Shown: in pieces, positions 37,701 through 47,470 of the stretch | Numbering within the stretch: position 1 is the first letter of the stretch | Layout: each line of letters begins with the position of its first letter | Origin: Paragordius varius | Lineage: Eukaryota; Animalia; Nematomorpha | Assembly (NCBI GenBank): GCA_964247055.1 | Contig: OZ176055.1 | Coordinates: forward strand, 744,001 to 808,000 | Direction of reading: 5' to 3' | Length of the DNA stretch: 64,000 nucleotides | Made by a program: the position numbers and the translations under genes | Notes under the pieces: model-generated | Told to the model about the DNA's origin: nothing | Databases searched by the model: none | What the model saw: only the letters and a program-made list of their open reading frames with translations

Positions 37701-40700
37701 CTTGACAAAACTTTTCCGGAGAATAGAGTAAGTTAATTTATTTAAATAAAAAACAAAACTGAATCCTTTATATATTTTTTAAAGCCGAAAATAATTTTTA
37801 GTTGTGTAACCATTTTAAAATTTAGATTGCGGTTTTTTAAAAAATGATTTTATTTTTTATCAGGAAATATATACCATACAGTTTAAATTCACCCTTAAGC
37901 TTAAGCAATTCAAATTCACCCTAAAAGAAAATATGTGTTTTTTAAAATTAACAATTACCTATATTTATAATATTACGTTTAAAAATAATATAATACCGAA
38001 AAAATAATAAACTAAGCCATAAGAATATATTTATTATGATAATATAATTTAGCCCGAAAACATATTATTATTATAGGGTGAATTTGAATGATTGTTTAAG
38101 GGTGAATTTTAATTGTAAATGGTATTGCACATAACTATATATAAATTTTATATTGTAACAAGATAATCTGTTTAAAACTTTAAATTAAAATTGAGTTGAA
38201 ATTTATTAAATATTTAAGATATTTAAATTTGTAACCTAAATGGTTTTAAAAAATATATTTGATTTTAAATTTTTTCCTTAGTTTTTTTTTATTTATATTA
38301 GCACTGAATACTTGGATGGTATAATGAGTAAAGAACTCACACTCGTATATGAAGGCATCAAAAAAGTTGAAAGACGAAAGAAAAAGCAATTAAAAAATAA
38401 GTTACCATTAAATACGACCCCTGGAGAAAATTTGATAGAATCTAATCTAGATTCTGAAAAACATGGAAAACGGAAATTACGCGATAATAGGTAGTATGGC
38501 TTAATAAATGTTTTTCACATTAAAAATATTTTAGAAACCATTTTTTAATATATAAAAATTGATCATTTTTGATCTTTGATTAATCTCTATATTATGATTT
38601 GATTTTAAAATATTAAATTGATTGATATTACCAAAAATAAATTACAGTATGAGTAAGTATATATATTGGTAGAAAGTTATTAATTATTGCTAAATAGAGC
38701 ATATGCAGCAAAAAGAATTATTATTGGCCAATAATAGTGTAAAGCGAAAAAAATAATAATTATAAACCAATAATAATGCCCTTTGTTGTATATATGCTAT
38801 TTGGTAATAATTAATAACTTTCTAGCAATGTATACTTACTCATGTATCAACTTTAAAGTTTAGTTTAAAATTTTTTTGAAAATATATAATTGAATTTATC
38901 AATTTAAACTATGAGACGCTATAACAGTATGCATTTCAATGTGGTTTATTTCAACCTATAGTTGGGCAATTTGCAACACATTAGTGTATGGAAAAAAGAA
39001 AGGAAATAGTTGTTTATTCAACATTTTGTATTTTTATCCATACACTACTGTGAGCAAATTGTCCTACTATAATGTGAAATTAAGCAACCATTAATATGCA
39101 TACTGTAATTAAAATTAAGTGTATTATTTTTTAATTAAATCTAACAATTCTTTTTTTGCAAAAAGTGATTATATTTTGAGGAATTTTGGTTCAAAACATA
39201 AAAAATGCGGGTTATTTATTTTTTTAATATATTTCTTATAATTCTACGTAAATTGATATAATAACGACATTACATTTTTATATTTTAATTTTTTTACGTT
39301 TGGACAAAGATTATTACTTGTAATAATCGAAAATTTATTTTAATAAACTGAGACTCAGTTATAGCTAAATATATATTCCAATATTAAATTGCCTAACATT
39401 TATATTTAAAAAACAATTTTATATATATATATTTATATATATATATAACAATTTTATTTGAATATATACAGTAGCGTATGGCATATAACAATGTTGGTCT
39501 CTATAAAAAAATAAAAAATGTTTTTGTTAAAAAAACCCCAGTTGTATATACACGTATTTTTATTCTTTTAAGGACTATTGTTTTATGCCATACACTACTG
39601 TATGATTATAAATAAAATGTTTTAATTTATTAGCCATTATGAACAATGTTTGGTGGAAAAAACTGATGTTTTCGATGAAGATTCGGAACAGATTTGTGAT
39701 CTATTAGATACTCAAAGTTTGAGCGGAAAAATAGGTTTAATAAAAAATTTTTATTTAAAATTAATTTTTTTTGGAATTGCATATATTTACTAACTCACAA
39801 TCTTGAAACTTGTAAAATTATACTTTAATTTTAAAATGGGATAAATTTTGACTTTTTTTACAAAATAAGCATTTTTACAGTAAAAATTGAAATTACGGAC
39901 ATGTAAAAATATAAGGACAAGTATTTCCTTTAAAAAGACAATAATTTTTTAAACCTTATTTTTCATATATAAGCTTATTTAACAATGTAAAATATAGAAT
40001 TTATTATGTTTGTAATATATACATTTTAAACAATGAGTATTTAAAAAGTATGGTCTTTTAGAAAAAAATATTTGTCTTTAATTTTTTACGTTTTGTCCCC
40101 GTATAATTTGATGTTTTACTATAATACATTTTAAAAGCTTCGAATATCAATCTAAACACATTTATGAAAAAAGGGAGTATATACATAAACCATTTTAATA
40201 TAACTAATTTATACAAGGATAATTTATATATATAAACATTCAATCTGTTTCCTAGTCAATTTACGGAAAACCGCATTAAAGAATAATGGCGGCGTATTGG
40301 GCACAAAAGGAAATGATACTGCTAAAAAATCCCCTTTTCCTACATCAGAAGATGGAAAAATGATTATAGAAACCAAAAAACCAGTTGTTAAAAGTATACT
40401 TAAACACCACACTGGTAATAAAAATGTATCACATTTTGAAAAACAATTTAAAGACTTGAAAAACGCTCATAATGAACAACCAGATTTTGATCCTATTTTG
40501 GCAAAAATTGCGACAGATGAAGACACTGACGAAACTGACAATGATTACGACGAGGAAGAATTAAACGAAAAAAATCAGGTTTGATTTTGCTTAAAAATGC
40601 AATTTTTCAAAAAAAAATTATTTTATAAAGAGGGTGAAGCATAAAAAAATTTATTGTAAAAAAGTCATATTATATATATATTGTTAGTAAATCTGCCTTG

Positions 40701-41853
40701 CTCAAAATCTTCCTTTTTTCCCTTTATTTTTAAATAGATTTTTTAATATGCGTCTATTCAATTATAATTAGCTTAACTTATGCTGATCATCTTGCACTTT
40801 TTTGATTTTTAAACAAGGACTTTGTGTATAAAATTTTAATCGCTTAAGTATATTTTTACCAAATGAGTTGAAAAATAATATATTCTTTCCTTATATCTTT
40901 TATCCTTTTTTAGGATTCTTAGTATTGTGCCATTTTATTCAATAGAAATTATTGTGGGGGATTTACAGTAAAAATTGAAATTATATCCTTTAAACTTATA
41001 TATATGGAAAAATAAGGTTTGAAATGTATGTTTGAAAAAAAAATGTTTGTCTTTATGTTTTTTCATTTTGTCCGTATAATTTCAATTTTTACTGTAACTA
41101 TAAATTTTATATGTATTTTCTTTACACTGTGACTGGTTATAATATATACAGTTCAAATACACACTTAAACTATTCGAATTCATCCTTAAACAATTTAAAT
41201 TTACCCTTAAAATAAATTATGTTTTTTTTTCAAGATTAAAAATTATCTATATTTTTTTACATTTTTAAAAATAATGTAATACTGAAAAACTAATAAACTA
41301 TGCCATAAAGATATATTACATTTGAATGATGATTTATATTAGCCCAAAAACATAAGGGTGAATTTGAATTGCTCAAGGGTGTGAATTGTAAATCGTATAT
41401 ATATATATATATATATAATTTCCCCTAATTCTGTACGATACACGCATATATTAATAAAAATTATATAAATTTCAAATATATTGATTGGAGTGCTTTATAT
41501 TTTGAAATTTTCTCAGTATGTTAATAACATAAATTGTTTAAAGGTAAATTACTTTTGTTTTTGATAAATTTTGAGTTTAACTGCATTTTTAAGCGTACAT
41601 ACCTGTTATAACCCCATTTTATTATTTAATTCAATAGATTCATACGTCTGATATGTTGACTAATTCCTATTCAACAATCAAAAATAAAACTTTGTTGCGC
41701 TCGAAAGACTCTAAAGGGGAGAAAAAACAGCAAAATACCGATGCCAGATATGCTTATATCCCGTTAGATCGAAAGATTTTGAGTAAAAGACGCCAAACTT
41801 TGAAGCAAGCCAGTAGACTTAAGGGCATAGTTCGATCAAAGAAAAGAGTTTAA
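17147..41853 (+). CDS. RRP12: RRP12 (NUC173-domain ribosome biogenesis/export HEAT protein), 27 exons, about 1,950 aa
   Basis: Exons 17147-17246, 17272-17444, 17470-17955, 18334-18620, 19896-19941 (least certain), 20131-20298, 20650-20756, 21177-21307, 22120-22558, 23009-23282, 24073-24413, 25814-25992, 26659-26916, 27780-27952, 29282-29482, 30705-30954, 31551-31707, 32146-32554, 33835-33929, 34624-34946, 35672-35773, 36882-37108, 37636-37727, 38302-38490, 39634-39734, 40256-40578, 41638-41853; 5847 nt in frame. Motifs recalled from RRP12: KKFSKGHSSSINPA, TNCSNITFSK, GKETDLEYFALLMTT, VIKRVP, HPKIRKSA, FGPHIFLQYIP, RSWIFPLM, QIWSILPCF, LIPEAIL, SEDGKMII, YAYIPLDR. Confidence 0.95.
17247..17271 (+). 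other. 25-nt GT-AG intron (RRP12 intron 1)
   Basis: gtatataaaaattcatcaaatttag. It contains an in-frame TAA, and removing it joins the conserved N-terminal motif to the downstream frame. Alternative sites (donor 17241, acceptor 17280) would give 31, 34 or 40 nt. Confidence 0.8.
17445..17469 (+). other. 25-nt GT-AG intron (RRP12 intron 2)
   Basis: gttagcctctatgatttttataatag. Removal gives LHRE|ILSVLGTVTDIIRQKNGKETDLEYFALLMTT, collinear with human AHKE|[31 protein letters not shown]. Without it the gene is frameshifted. Confidence 0.92.
19207..19445. mobile_element. MITE family B
   Basis: aagtatacggacaaaacgtaaaatataaagata ... gccgttataattttaatttttaccg-ta. Confidence 0.7.
19542..19805. mobile_element. 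MITE family A
   Basis: ccatttacaattcaaattcaccct ... gggtgatttttgactgtaaat, with the family A internal core. Confidence 0.8.
20782..21150. mobile_element. MITE family A derivative with an internal tandem duplication
   Basis: aattcaccctaaaa(t/c)aaattatgtgtttt...aactaatataactcat block occurs twice (about 20808, 20888); gggtgaatttgaa repeats run to about 21145. Confidence 0.7.
21357..21643. mobile_element. MITE family A
   Basis: tttacagttcaaattcaccctcg ... aaggtgaatattaactgtaatgg. Confidence 0.75.
21732..22033. mobile_element. MITE family B
   Basis: ctgtaaaaatttaaattataccggcaaaacg ... acgttttgtccgttataatttgaatttttcctg. Confidence 0.7.
22735..22766. repeat. (TA)n microsatellite
   Basis: About 16 TA units; others at about 10634, 31021, 37417, 41397 and 44115. 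Confidence 0.9.
23678..23940. mobile_element. MITE family B
   Basis: agtaaaaattgaaattatacggacaaaac ... acgttttacccttataatttcaatttttac. Confidence 0.75.
24701..25100. mobile_element. MITE family A with an expanded right-hand 20-bp repeat array
   Basis: tata-ccatttacagttcatattcgcc; about 8 degenerate gggtgaatttgaattgtt units at 24891-25085. Confidence 0.75.
26168..26459 (+). mobile_element. Non-autonomous Helitron/Helentron-like element (about 290 bp)
   Basis: 3' hairpin ctcgggctgc-gta-gcagcacgag followed by atcgCTAG|t. A near-identical reverse-complement copy lies at 44458-44750. Confidence 0.7.
27226..27503. mobile_element. MITE family B
   Basis: ta-cagtaaaaattgaaattatacggacaaaacg ... cgttttgtccgtataattacaattccaattttactg-ta. 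Confidence 0.9.
28022..28304. mobile_element. MITE family B
   Basis: ta-cagtcacgaaattttacggacaaaac ... ttttgttcgtataattccaacttttactg-ta. Confidence 0.85.
28776..29056. mobile_element. MITE family A
   Basis: tata-tcatttacaaatcaaatttaccctt ... aagggtgaattagatctataaatgg-tata. Confidence 0.8.
29751..30077. mobile_element. MITE family B
   Basis: cagtaataattgaaattatacggacagaac ... tatttcaatttttacag. Confidence 0.7.
30165..30340. mobile_element. MITE family C
   Basis: tttaatggttgcttc ... aagcaatcattaaaatgcacact. Confidence 0.65.
31849..32108. mobile_element. MITE family A
   Basis: ccatttacaagttaaatttacc ... aagggtaaatttaaattctaaatgg-tata; ends 37 nt before the exon 18 acceptor. Confidence 0.75.
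32797..33081. mobile_element. MITE family B
   Basis: ta-tagtaaaatttaatattatacggacaaaacg ... gttcgtataatctgaatttttactg. Confidence 0.8.
33505..33783. mobile_element. MITE family A
   Basis: TATA|ccatttacaattcaaatttaccc ... gggtgaattcgatctgtaaatgg|TATA. Confidence 0.9.
34028..34312. mobile_element. MITE family B
   Basis: ta-cagtaaaaattgaaatt...ggacaaaacg ... acattttgtccgta. Confidence 0.75.
34962..35288. mobile_element. MITE family A with an expanded left 20-bp array
   Basis: ccatttatagttcaaattc followed by about 6 units; ends gaatggtaaatgg. Confidence 0.8.
35988..36399. mobile_element. MITE family A with an expanded right 20-bp array
   Basis: catttacaattcgtattcacc ...; about 8 gggtgaatttgaattgtt units at 36210-36390; ends aaaatgg-tata. 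Confidence 0.85.
37874..38122. mobile_element. MITE family A
   Basis: tata-ccatacagtttaaattcaccc ... gggtgaattttaattgtaaatgg. Confidence 0.75.
38645..38846. mobile_element. MITE family D (CAGTAT(G/A)AGT...CTAGAAAGTTATTAATTATTG TIR)
   Basis: About 200-bp foldback; second copy at 45226-45421. Confidence 0.75.
38925..39105. mobile_element. MITE family C
   Basis: cagtatgcatttcaatgtggtt ... aagcaaccattaatatgcatactg-ta. Confidence 0.75.
39878..40121. mobile_element. MITE family B
   Basis: ta-cagtaaaaattgaaattacggac ... acgttttgtccccgtataatttgatgttttact. Confidence 0.8.
40966..41094. mobile_element. Short (129-bp) family B derivative
   Basis: ta-cagtaaaaattgaaattata ... tataatttcaatttttactg-ta, with a deleted interior. 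Confidence 0.85.
41146..41395. mobile_element. MITE family A
   Basis: acagttcaaatacacacttaaac ... agggtgaatttgaattgctcaagggtgtgaattgtaaatcg. Confidence 0.7.
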
Positions 41854-42047
41854 ACAGAGAATTTAAAGATTCAAAAATATTTTTTAGATCTGTTTTTATG
41901 TGAATGCAATAAATTTTCATTGAGTCATTGATTGAATTGTTTATTAAAAAACTTTTTTGTGTGTGTTTTTAAAGTGTATTAAACTATTCAAAAAAAAATT
42001 TCTCCCAAGGGGAACAATGAGTTGATTTTAACGTGGTTTCTTACAGA

Positions 42048-42303
42048 CAGTATAAATTAAAATTATACGGACAAAATATAAGTATAAAAACAAAATTTTT
42101 ATTCAAAAAACAACCATACTTTTTTAAACCTTAATTTATCTTATAAAAAACGTTAATTACTAAACATGATTGATTGTGTTACCAATATAAATATATATTA
42201 TTTATAATTTACAGTTTCAAGATTAAAAAAGTATGGTTGCCTATGTTAAATATATTTGTCTTTATATTTTCACGTTTTGTCCGTATAATTTCAATTTTTA
42301 CTG
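42048..42303. mobile_element. MITE family B
   Basis: cagtataaattaaaattatacggacaaaa ... cgttttgtccgtataatttcaatttttactg-ta. Confidence 0.85.
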
Positions 42304-42881
42304 TATTACTCCATAATTTATAGATTGATTTGGTTGTACTATTATCAACATTAAAATATATAAATTTGTTCAACTCTTTATTTTGAGTTTTCTCATATTT
42401 TAAATAATTTGCATGAAACTACAGTTAATATTTCCCACCCAAATAAATAAATAAATAGGTTAATTATTGGTGCATTGTAGATAATTTCATGATAAGCGTA
42501 TGATGATTGATTAGTTATTTGGTCGATAACTAAAAGTAATAAGGCTATTGGTCAAACTTTTACCCTATGATATAAATAAAATATGTGTAAATATTTCAAT
42601 ATAAAAAGAAATTTTATTAATTCGCTGTCTGTAATTTTTATATTTCGTAAATATTGTTGTAATAATATGGAAAGATAAAATTTTTGATTGGAATCGACAT
42701 CAACTAACTTGCCTCTGAAAAATCAGGGTGGAAATTTCAAACAGATTTGTTTATAAAAAAAGATTTTTAACTTTGAAATTATTGTCATTTTTAAAATTCA
42801 TTGTCGGCCTGGTTTAACCCATCATAATGTAAGACCGTAACGGCTTTTTAACCATTCAAAAACTTTCTAATTAATATATAT

Positions 42882-43464
42882 CATTTGCACTTCAAGAGTG
42901 TCTTTGAACTTTTCAAGTTGGTCCTTAACATTTCAAGTTAATCCTTGAACACTTCAACTTCGTCCTTTGACCTTTTTGTTTTATTTTTAACTTGTATCAT
43001 TCTAATCGTAGTATATTCATCTTTATTATTTTTAACCAATTTTCTAATATTTAACATAAATTTTAGTTCAATATCAACTTTTTAATGAGAAACCATGTAT
43101 CATTATTAATTTCTCAAAATTTATTTTGGATATTATAAGATTTTACGATCTAATAAAAAAATATATAAGTTTTCTGGGTTATTATTTATATTTTTTATTA
43201 AAAAACATTTAAAGGTTAATAATTTATTAAATTGGAAAAAAAATAGTTTGAATCAAAAAAGTGGTTTTTTAAAAAAATATTTTTAAATGGAAAAATATGT
43301 AATAAATAAAGAAAATTGGTTAACAAATAATAAAATAAAAAAGTACCTGCAAAAATTATAATAAATCAAAATATAAAAAAAAGGACCAACTTGTAGTGTT
43401 CAACCAACTTAAATTGTTTAAGGACCAACTTGAAGTGTTCCAGGGCACTCTTGAAGTGCAAATG
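42882..43464. mobile_element. MITE family A2 (CATTTGCACTTCAAGAGTG TIR with 20-bp subterminal units)
   Basis: catttgcacttcaagagtg (42882) / cactcttgaagtgcaaatg (43464); units gaacacttcaagttggtcctt on both arms. Confidence 0.8.
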
Positions 43465-43499
43465 TATTTGGAATGAAACTATTATTTAATTTTAACATT

Positions 43500-43700
43500 T
43501 TTATCATTTATTGCTATGAATATATTGTTGAAATTAATTAAAATTTAACTTCATTTAGTCTGTTTTAATTAAAACTATATATTACATTCGTAACAGTGAT
43601 AGCTTATGACAATAAATCGCTTTTAATTTTTGAGCGATCAAAATCAAATCCTTATTACCTGATTCTTTAATAGCTCGCCAGTACTTCCATTTATTTATAC
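43500..43700 (-). pseudogene. Possible decayed hAT transposase dimerisation-domain fragment
   Basis: Minus-strand KWKYWRAIKESGNKDLILIAQKLKAI and a shifted NRLNEVKF resemble the hAT C-terminal WW...LA.KLL.IP...RNRL pattern. Weak, from recollection only. Confidence 0.3.
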
Positions 43701-44113
43701 ATTTTATTTAAAGCCTATTTTTTTCCTTTTTCATTTAAGGGTAAGTAAGAACTTAAATTGTATCAGCACTTGTAAAAGCTTTACCAATTGCCTACCTTAC
43801 CAAAGCTAATTGTCAGTGATGATGGAAAAATTGCTCAGTTTTAGGGTTCCAACTCTGGCATTCCACACACAGTTTAAGAGTCTTGCGCCGTGTTTTAAAG
43901 GGTCAAAAAAATATTTTCCTAGTTTCAAAAGCCATAATACCGATAAAATTTTTCATAGCTATTTGATATTACATCCAAAAATTTGATAAATTATTCCGGG
44001 CCTTATAAAAGCACTTTTAGGACCGCGGTTAGAGTATCACTGTATACCATTCACACTCCTAATAGTAGCTAGTTAACTCTTTTTCTTTTTTTGCTTAGTG
44101 CGAAAAAATAATC

Positions 44114-44163
<50 letters not shown>

Positions 44164-44457
44164 CATACTTACCATTAAATTAACACTTTCTTGGGCACGT
44201 GGCGGTGTTTTTATATTGATTGTGTAAATTTTTATGGTGCCGAATTGAGTGACACTCTTTTGAATTGTAATTGTAGGAGTTTCCATACTACCAGCCCTAG
44301 CTAAGCCAGAAGAACCCGAACCAAAGGAACCACTACCCGACACATATACATTTCTTCCAGCATGCATTGCGGCATCGTGGGCCATCAAATTTTTTCCGAT
44401 TTCAAACGCTATTTTTTGGCAACGTTTTTTTTTAAAACCAAAAACTTATATAAGTTT

Positions 44458-44750
44458 CTAGCGTAAATCTCGTGCTGCTACGCAGCCCGAGGAAGGAAAG
44501 AAGGGTTGGGGGGCTATTTTAAAAAAGGGAAGAAAATGATCCACATATGTGGATTAATGCGAAACATTATTTAATAGCTATGATCTCATAGGAATTTTAA
44601 AACGGTGCATTCATACTAATATATTGTTTACTTGGGCAAAAAATAGATTTAAAAAAATTATTTTTGTGGACTTTGATTTTTGAAAAAATGGCATTTTATG
44701 GGGGGAGCGGGTAAAAAGAGGGCCTAAATTAAAAAAGCGAGCCGACTATG
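44458..44750 (-). mobile_element. Second copy of the Helitron/Helentron-like element
   Basis: Reverse complement of 26168-26459, including the hairpin ctcgtgctgctacgcagcccgag and terminal CTAG (44458-44461). Confidence 0.7.
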
Positions 44751-45225
44751 TTCGGCGCAATCGAAAATAAGTAAACAAAATTATATTTGAAATGAAATGG
44801 TCCAACCCGTTCTCCAAAAAATTGTCTTAAAGACACGATTTTTGTGGACTTATGTTTTCAAAAAAACCGTTTTTTAAACCTTATTTTTAATAAATTACAT
44901 ATCTCAAATATATAAATGATTGTGTTATTAATTTAAATCTCACTAATTTTTTTTAAAAAAAATTATTTTAATAAATCAAGGTTAAAAAAAGTACATGACT
45001 GTCTTTATTTAAAAAAGTATTGTCTTTTAGTTTTTGCATTTTGTCTGTATGATATCCATATTGTATTGTATTAAAAGTTATCGCAAAATTACTTAATTTA
45101 TCGTTGGGTCTGGCATAAATTTTTAGGGTCCCTGAACAATTTGACATTGAGGCTAATTGAAATTCCGAATTTCCAAGTACTATAAATTATAAAACAATGT
45201 TATCTCTAGAAAAATTAATAACTTA

Positions 45226-45421
45226 CAGTATAAGTTAATATACATTGCTAGAAAGGTAATAATTATTGCCAAATAGTAAATATAGCAAAAAGCAGTATTA
45301 TTGGCTTATAGTTATATTTTCAATTTTTACTATCTTAAGCCAATAATACTGCACACTATTGTAATTACTATTTGGCAATAATTAATAACTTTCTAGCAAT
45401 AATGTACACTTACTAATACTG
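45226..45421. mobile_element. MITE family D
   Basis: ta-cagtataagttaatatacattgctagaaagg ... actttctagcaataatgtacacttactaatactg-ta. Confidence 0.8.
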
Positions 45422-45489
45422 TATATCTATTAAACTCATTTAAAATTTTTTGTATAATAGTTTTACACATCGTATATTAACGGTATATA

Positions 45490-45746
45490 AAGTGTAAAAT
45501 TACACGTAAAAAACGTAAAAACATGGGACAAATATTTTTCCATACTTGTTAAATCATTGCTTTTCATACGCAAATTATTTAATTGCAATTTTAAAAAAAT
45601 AACGTGACCAATATACAGTTCTATTTTATACTTTGCAAATTAAAACATTGAGTTATAATATAAAAAAAATTGAGTGTAAACAGTCATTGTAAAAATAATT
45701 GTTCTTATATTTTTACGTTTTGTATTTATAATTTCAATATTTACTG
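45490..45746. mobile_element. MITE family B (decayed)
   Basis: Right TIR ttacgttttgtatttataatttcaatatttactg-ta; degenerate left TIR. Confidence 0.6.
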
Positions 45747-45964
45747 TACTTGGTATAAAAATTTTGGAGTTAGTAATTAAAAATTTGTAAAGAGATAGTA
45801 TTTAAGCGATAAAAAATTATATTTAAATTATAATTATCTAAAACTAAAATATTACCCCCAACGCTACTAAAAGCCTTGGTAATTCGATGGGTTCCTGTTG
45901 GCGACTTCCAGATACATGCTTAATTATAAAAAATATATATTTTAGTTAACAACCATTATATATA

Positions 45965-46220
45965 CCATTTACATTCAAATACCCCTTGAACATTTCTTGA
46001 AAATATTCAAATTTATTCTAAAATAACATATATGTTATTGGGCTAATTAAACTCAATATTACTGTGAAATATTTCTTTAAAGTATAATTATTCATTTTTT
46101 CTCTTTTTAATAATTATTTTTCTTAAAATCTAGTAATTTATTAAGGTGAATTTGAAATGAAGGTTGTTAAATAGTTAAGGGCAAATATAAAGTATATATG
46201 TGAAATTGAGCTGTAAATGA
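45965..46220. mobile_element. MITE family A (decayed)
   Basis: tata-ccatttacattcaaatacccc ... gagctgtaaatga-tata. Confidence 0.7.
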
Positions 46221-47227
46221 TATATATATAGTATTTCTCAAAATTTAGAAGACGATACCTTCAACACCATTTAGAATGTAGAAAAAAGCAAAAATTATTG
46301 GAATAATCGACATTTTCAGAAAAAAATCAAAAATTATTTGTAATAATAATTTTTGGGTTAATAGTAAATTTATAAATATTTAGAGGAGTGCCCAATAATT
46401 TTTATTTGATTAACCCAGTGACCGACCCCTGAGCACAAATAAATGCAAAATAATTATATGCAGCTTTAAGGTCGTTGGTTGGTTAGTCTGTTTGTTTGAA
46501 GAGTCTACATTAGATTTAATGAAACCTATTTTGAATTTGATTGTTCTTTTATTATACACAAAATATAAATAACTTTTTTAGTTTTAAAACTGATTTTTAA
46601 AGGTATTTACCATATTAAAATATTTAGAAAATTTAGGAAATTAATATCAATTACATTTTCCTATTCTTTACCGCCTAATTTTATATATTTTCTATTTAAT
46701 TTGGTGTTAGAAATCCGATTTACAGCTATCCATTAAATTACAGTATCGAATCTAAAAAAGGTTAGTTTAAAATAAACAAAATTAATGTTAAAATATGATG
46801 AACCATTTTTTTGCAAGTTGCCTTTATTTAAAACCTGTCGGATTTAAAATAGTCGCCATCTTCTCGATTATACTTATGCAAAAATGACTATGCTGAAATT
46901 TTGAATTTAAATGGTGGCCATACTATTTCATATTTCGCAGATTATGGTCCAAATCGTTTTTCAAAAATAGCGCTTTTATAGAAAAAATAGCAAAATTTAG
47001 GCAATTTGACAGATTAAGCATAATTGGTGATGTTCAAAAAAGCAAAGTGTTAGGGTACCAATTAGAAAAGTCGTTAAAAATATTTATAAAACATCATTTT
47101 GATTTTAACGCACGCATAATTTTATGCGTACGGTTGGAATTTTGACAATTTTTGCAATTTTTAATAACATGTAGTGTCGTTTGGCAATAAAAGAAATACC
47201 TAATCTCTTTTTTGTCACAAGTTTGTT

Positions 47228-47470
47228 AGATTATAATGGATTTCACCCTAAATAAATTATGTGTTTTCGGGCTAATATAAATAACTCCTCATTAATAAGA
47301 AATATATTCTTATGGCGTAGTTAATTTTTTTAGTATCATATTAATTTTAACTAAATTTCATTTTTAAAAATATATAGAAATATAGGTATTTTTTAATCTT
47401 AAAAAACACATAATTTATTTTAGGGTGAATTTGAATTGTTCGAGGGTGAATTCGAATTGGTCAAGGGAAG
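47228..47470. mobile_element. MITE family A (partial)
   Basis: ttcaccctaaataaattatgtgttttcggg core ... tagggtgaatttgaattgttcgagggtgaattcg. Confidence 0.7.

Noticed and set aside
43680-43820. Plus-strand 26-nt GT-AG segment (43741-43766) giving a TMEM86-like peptide ALVKALPIAYL
   Set aside because: The frame closes within a few codons on both sides and no further exons were found; the region also gives a hAT-like reading on the other strand.
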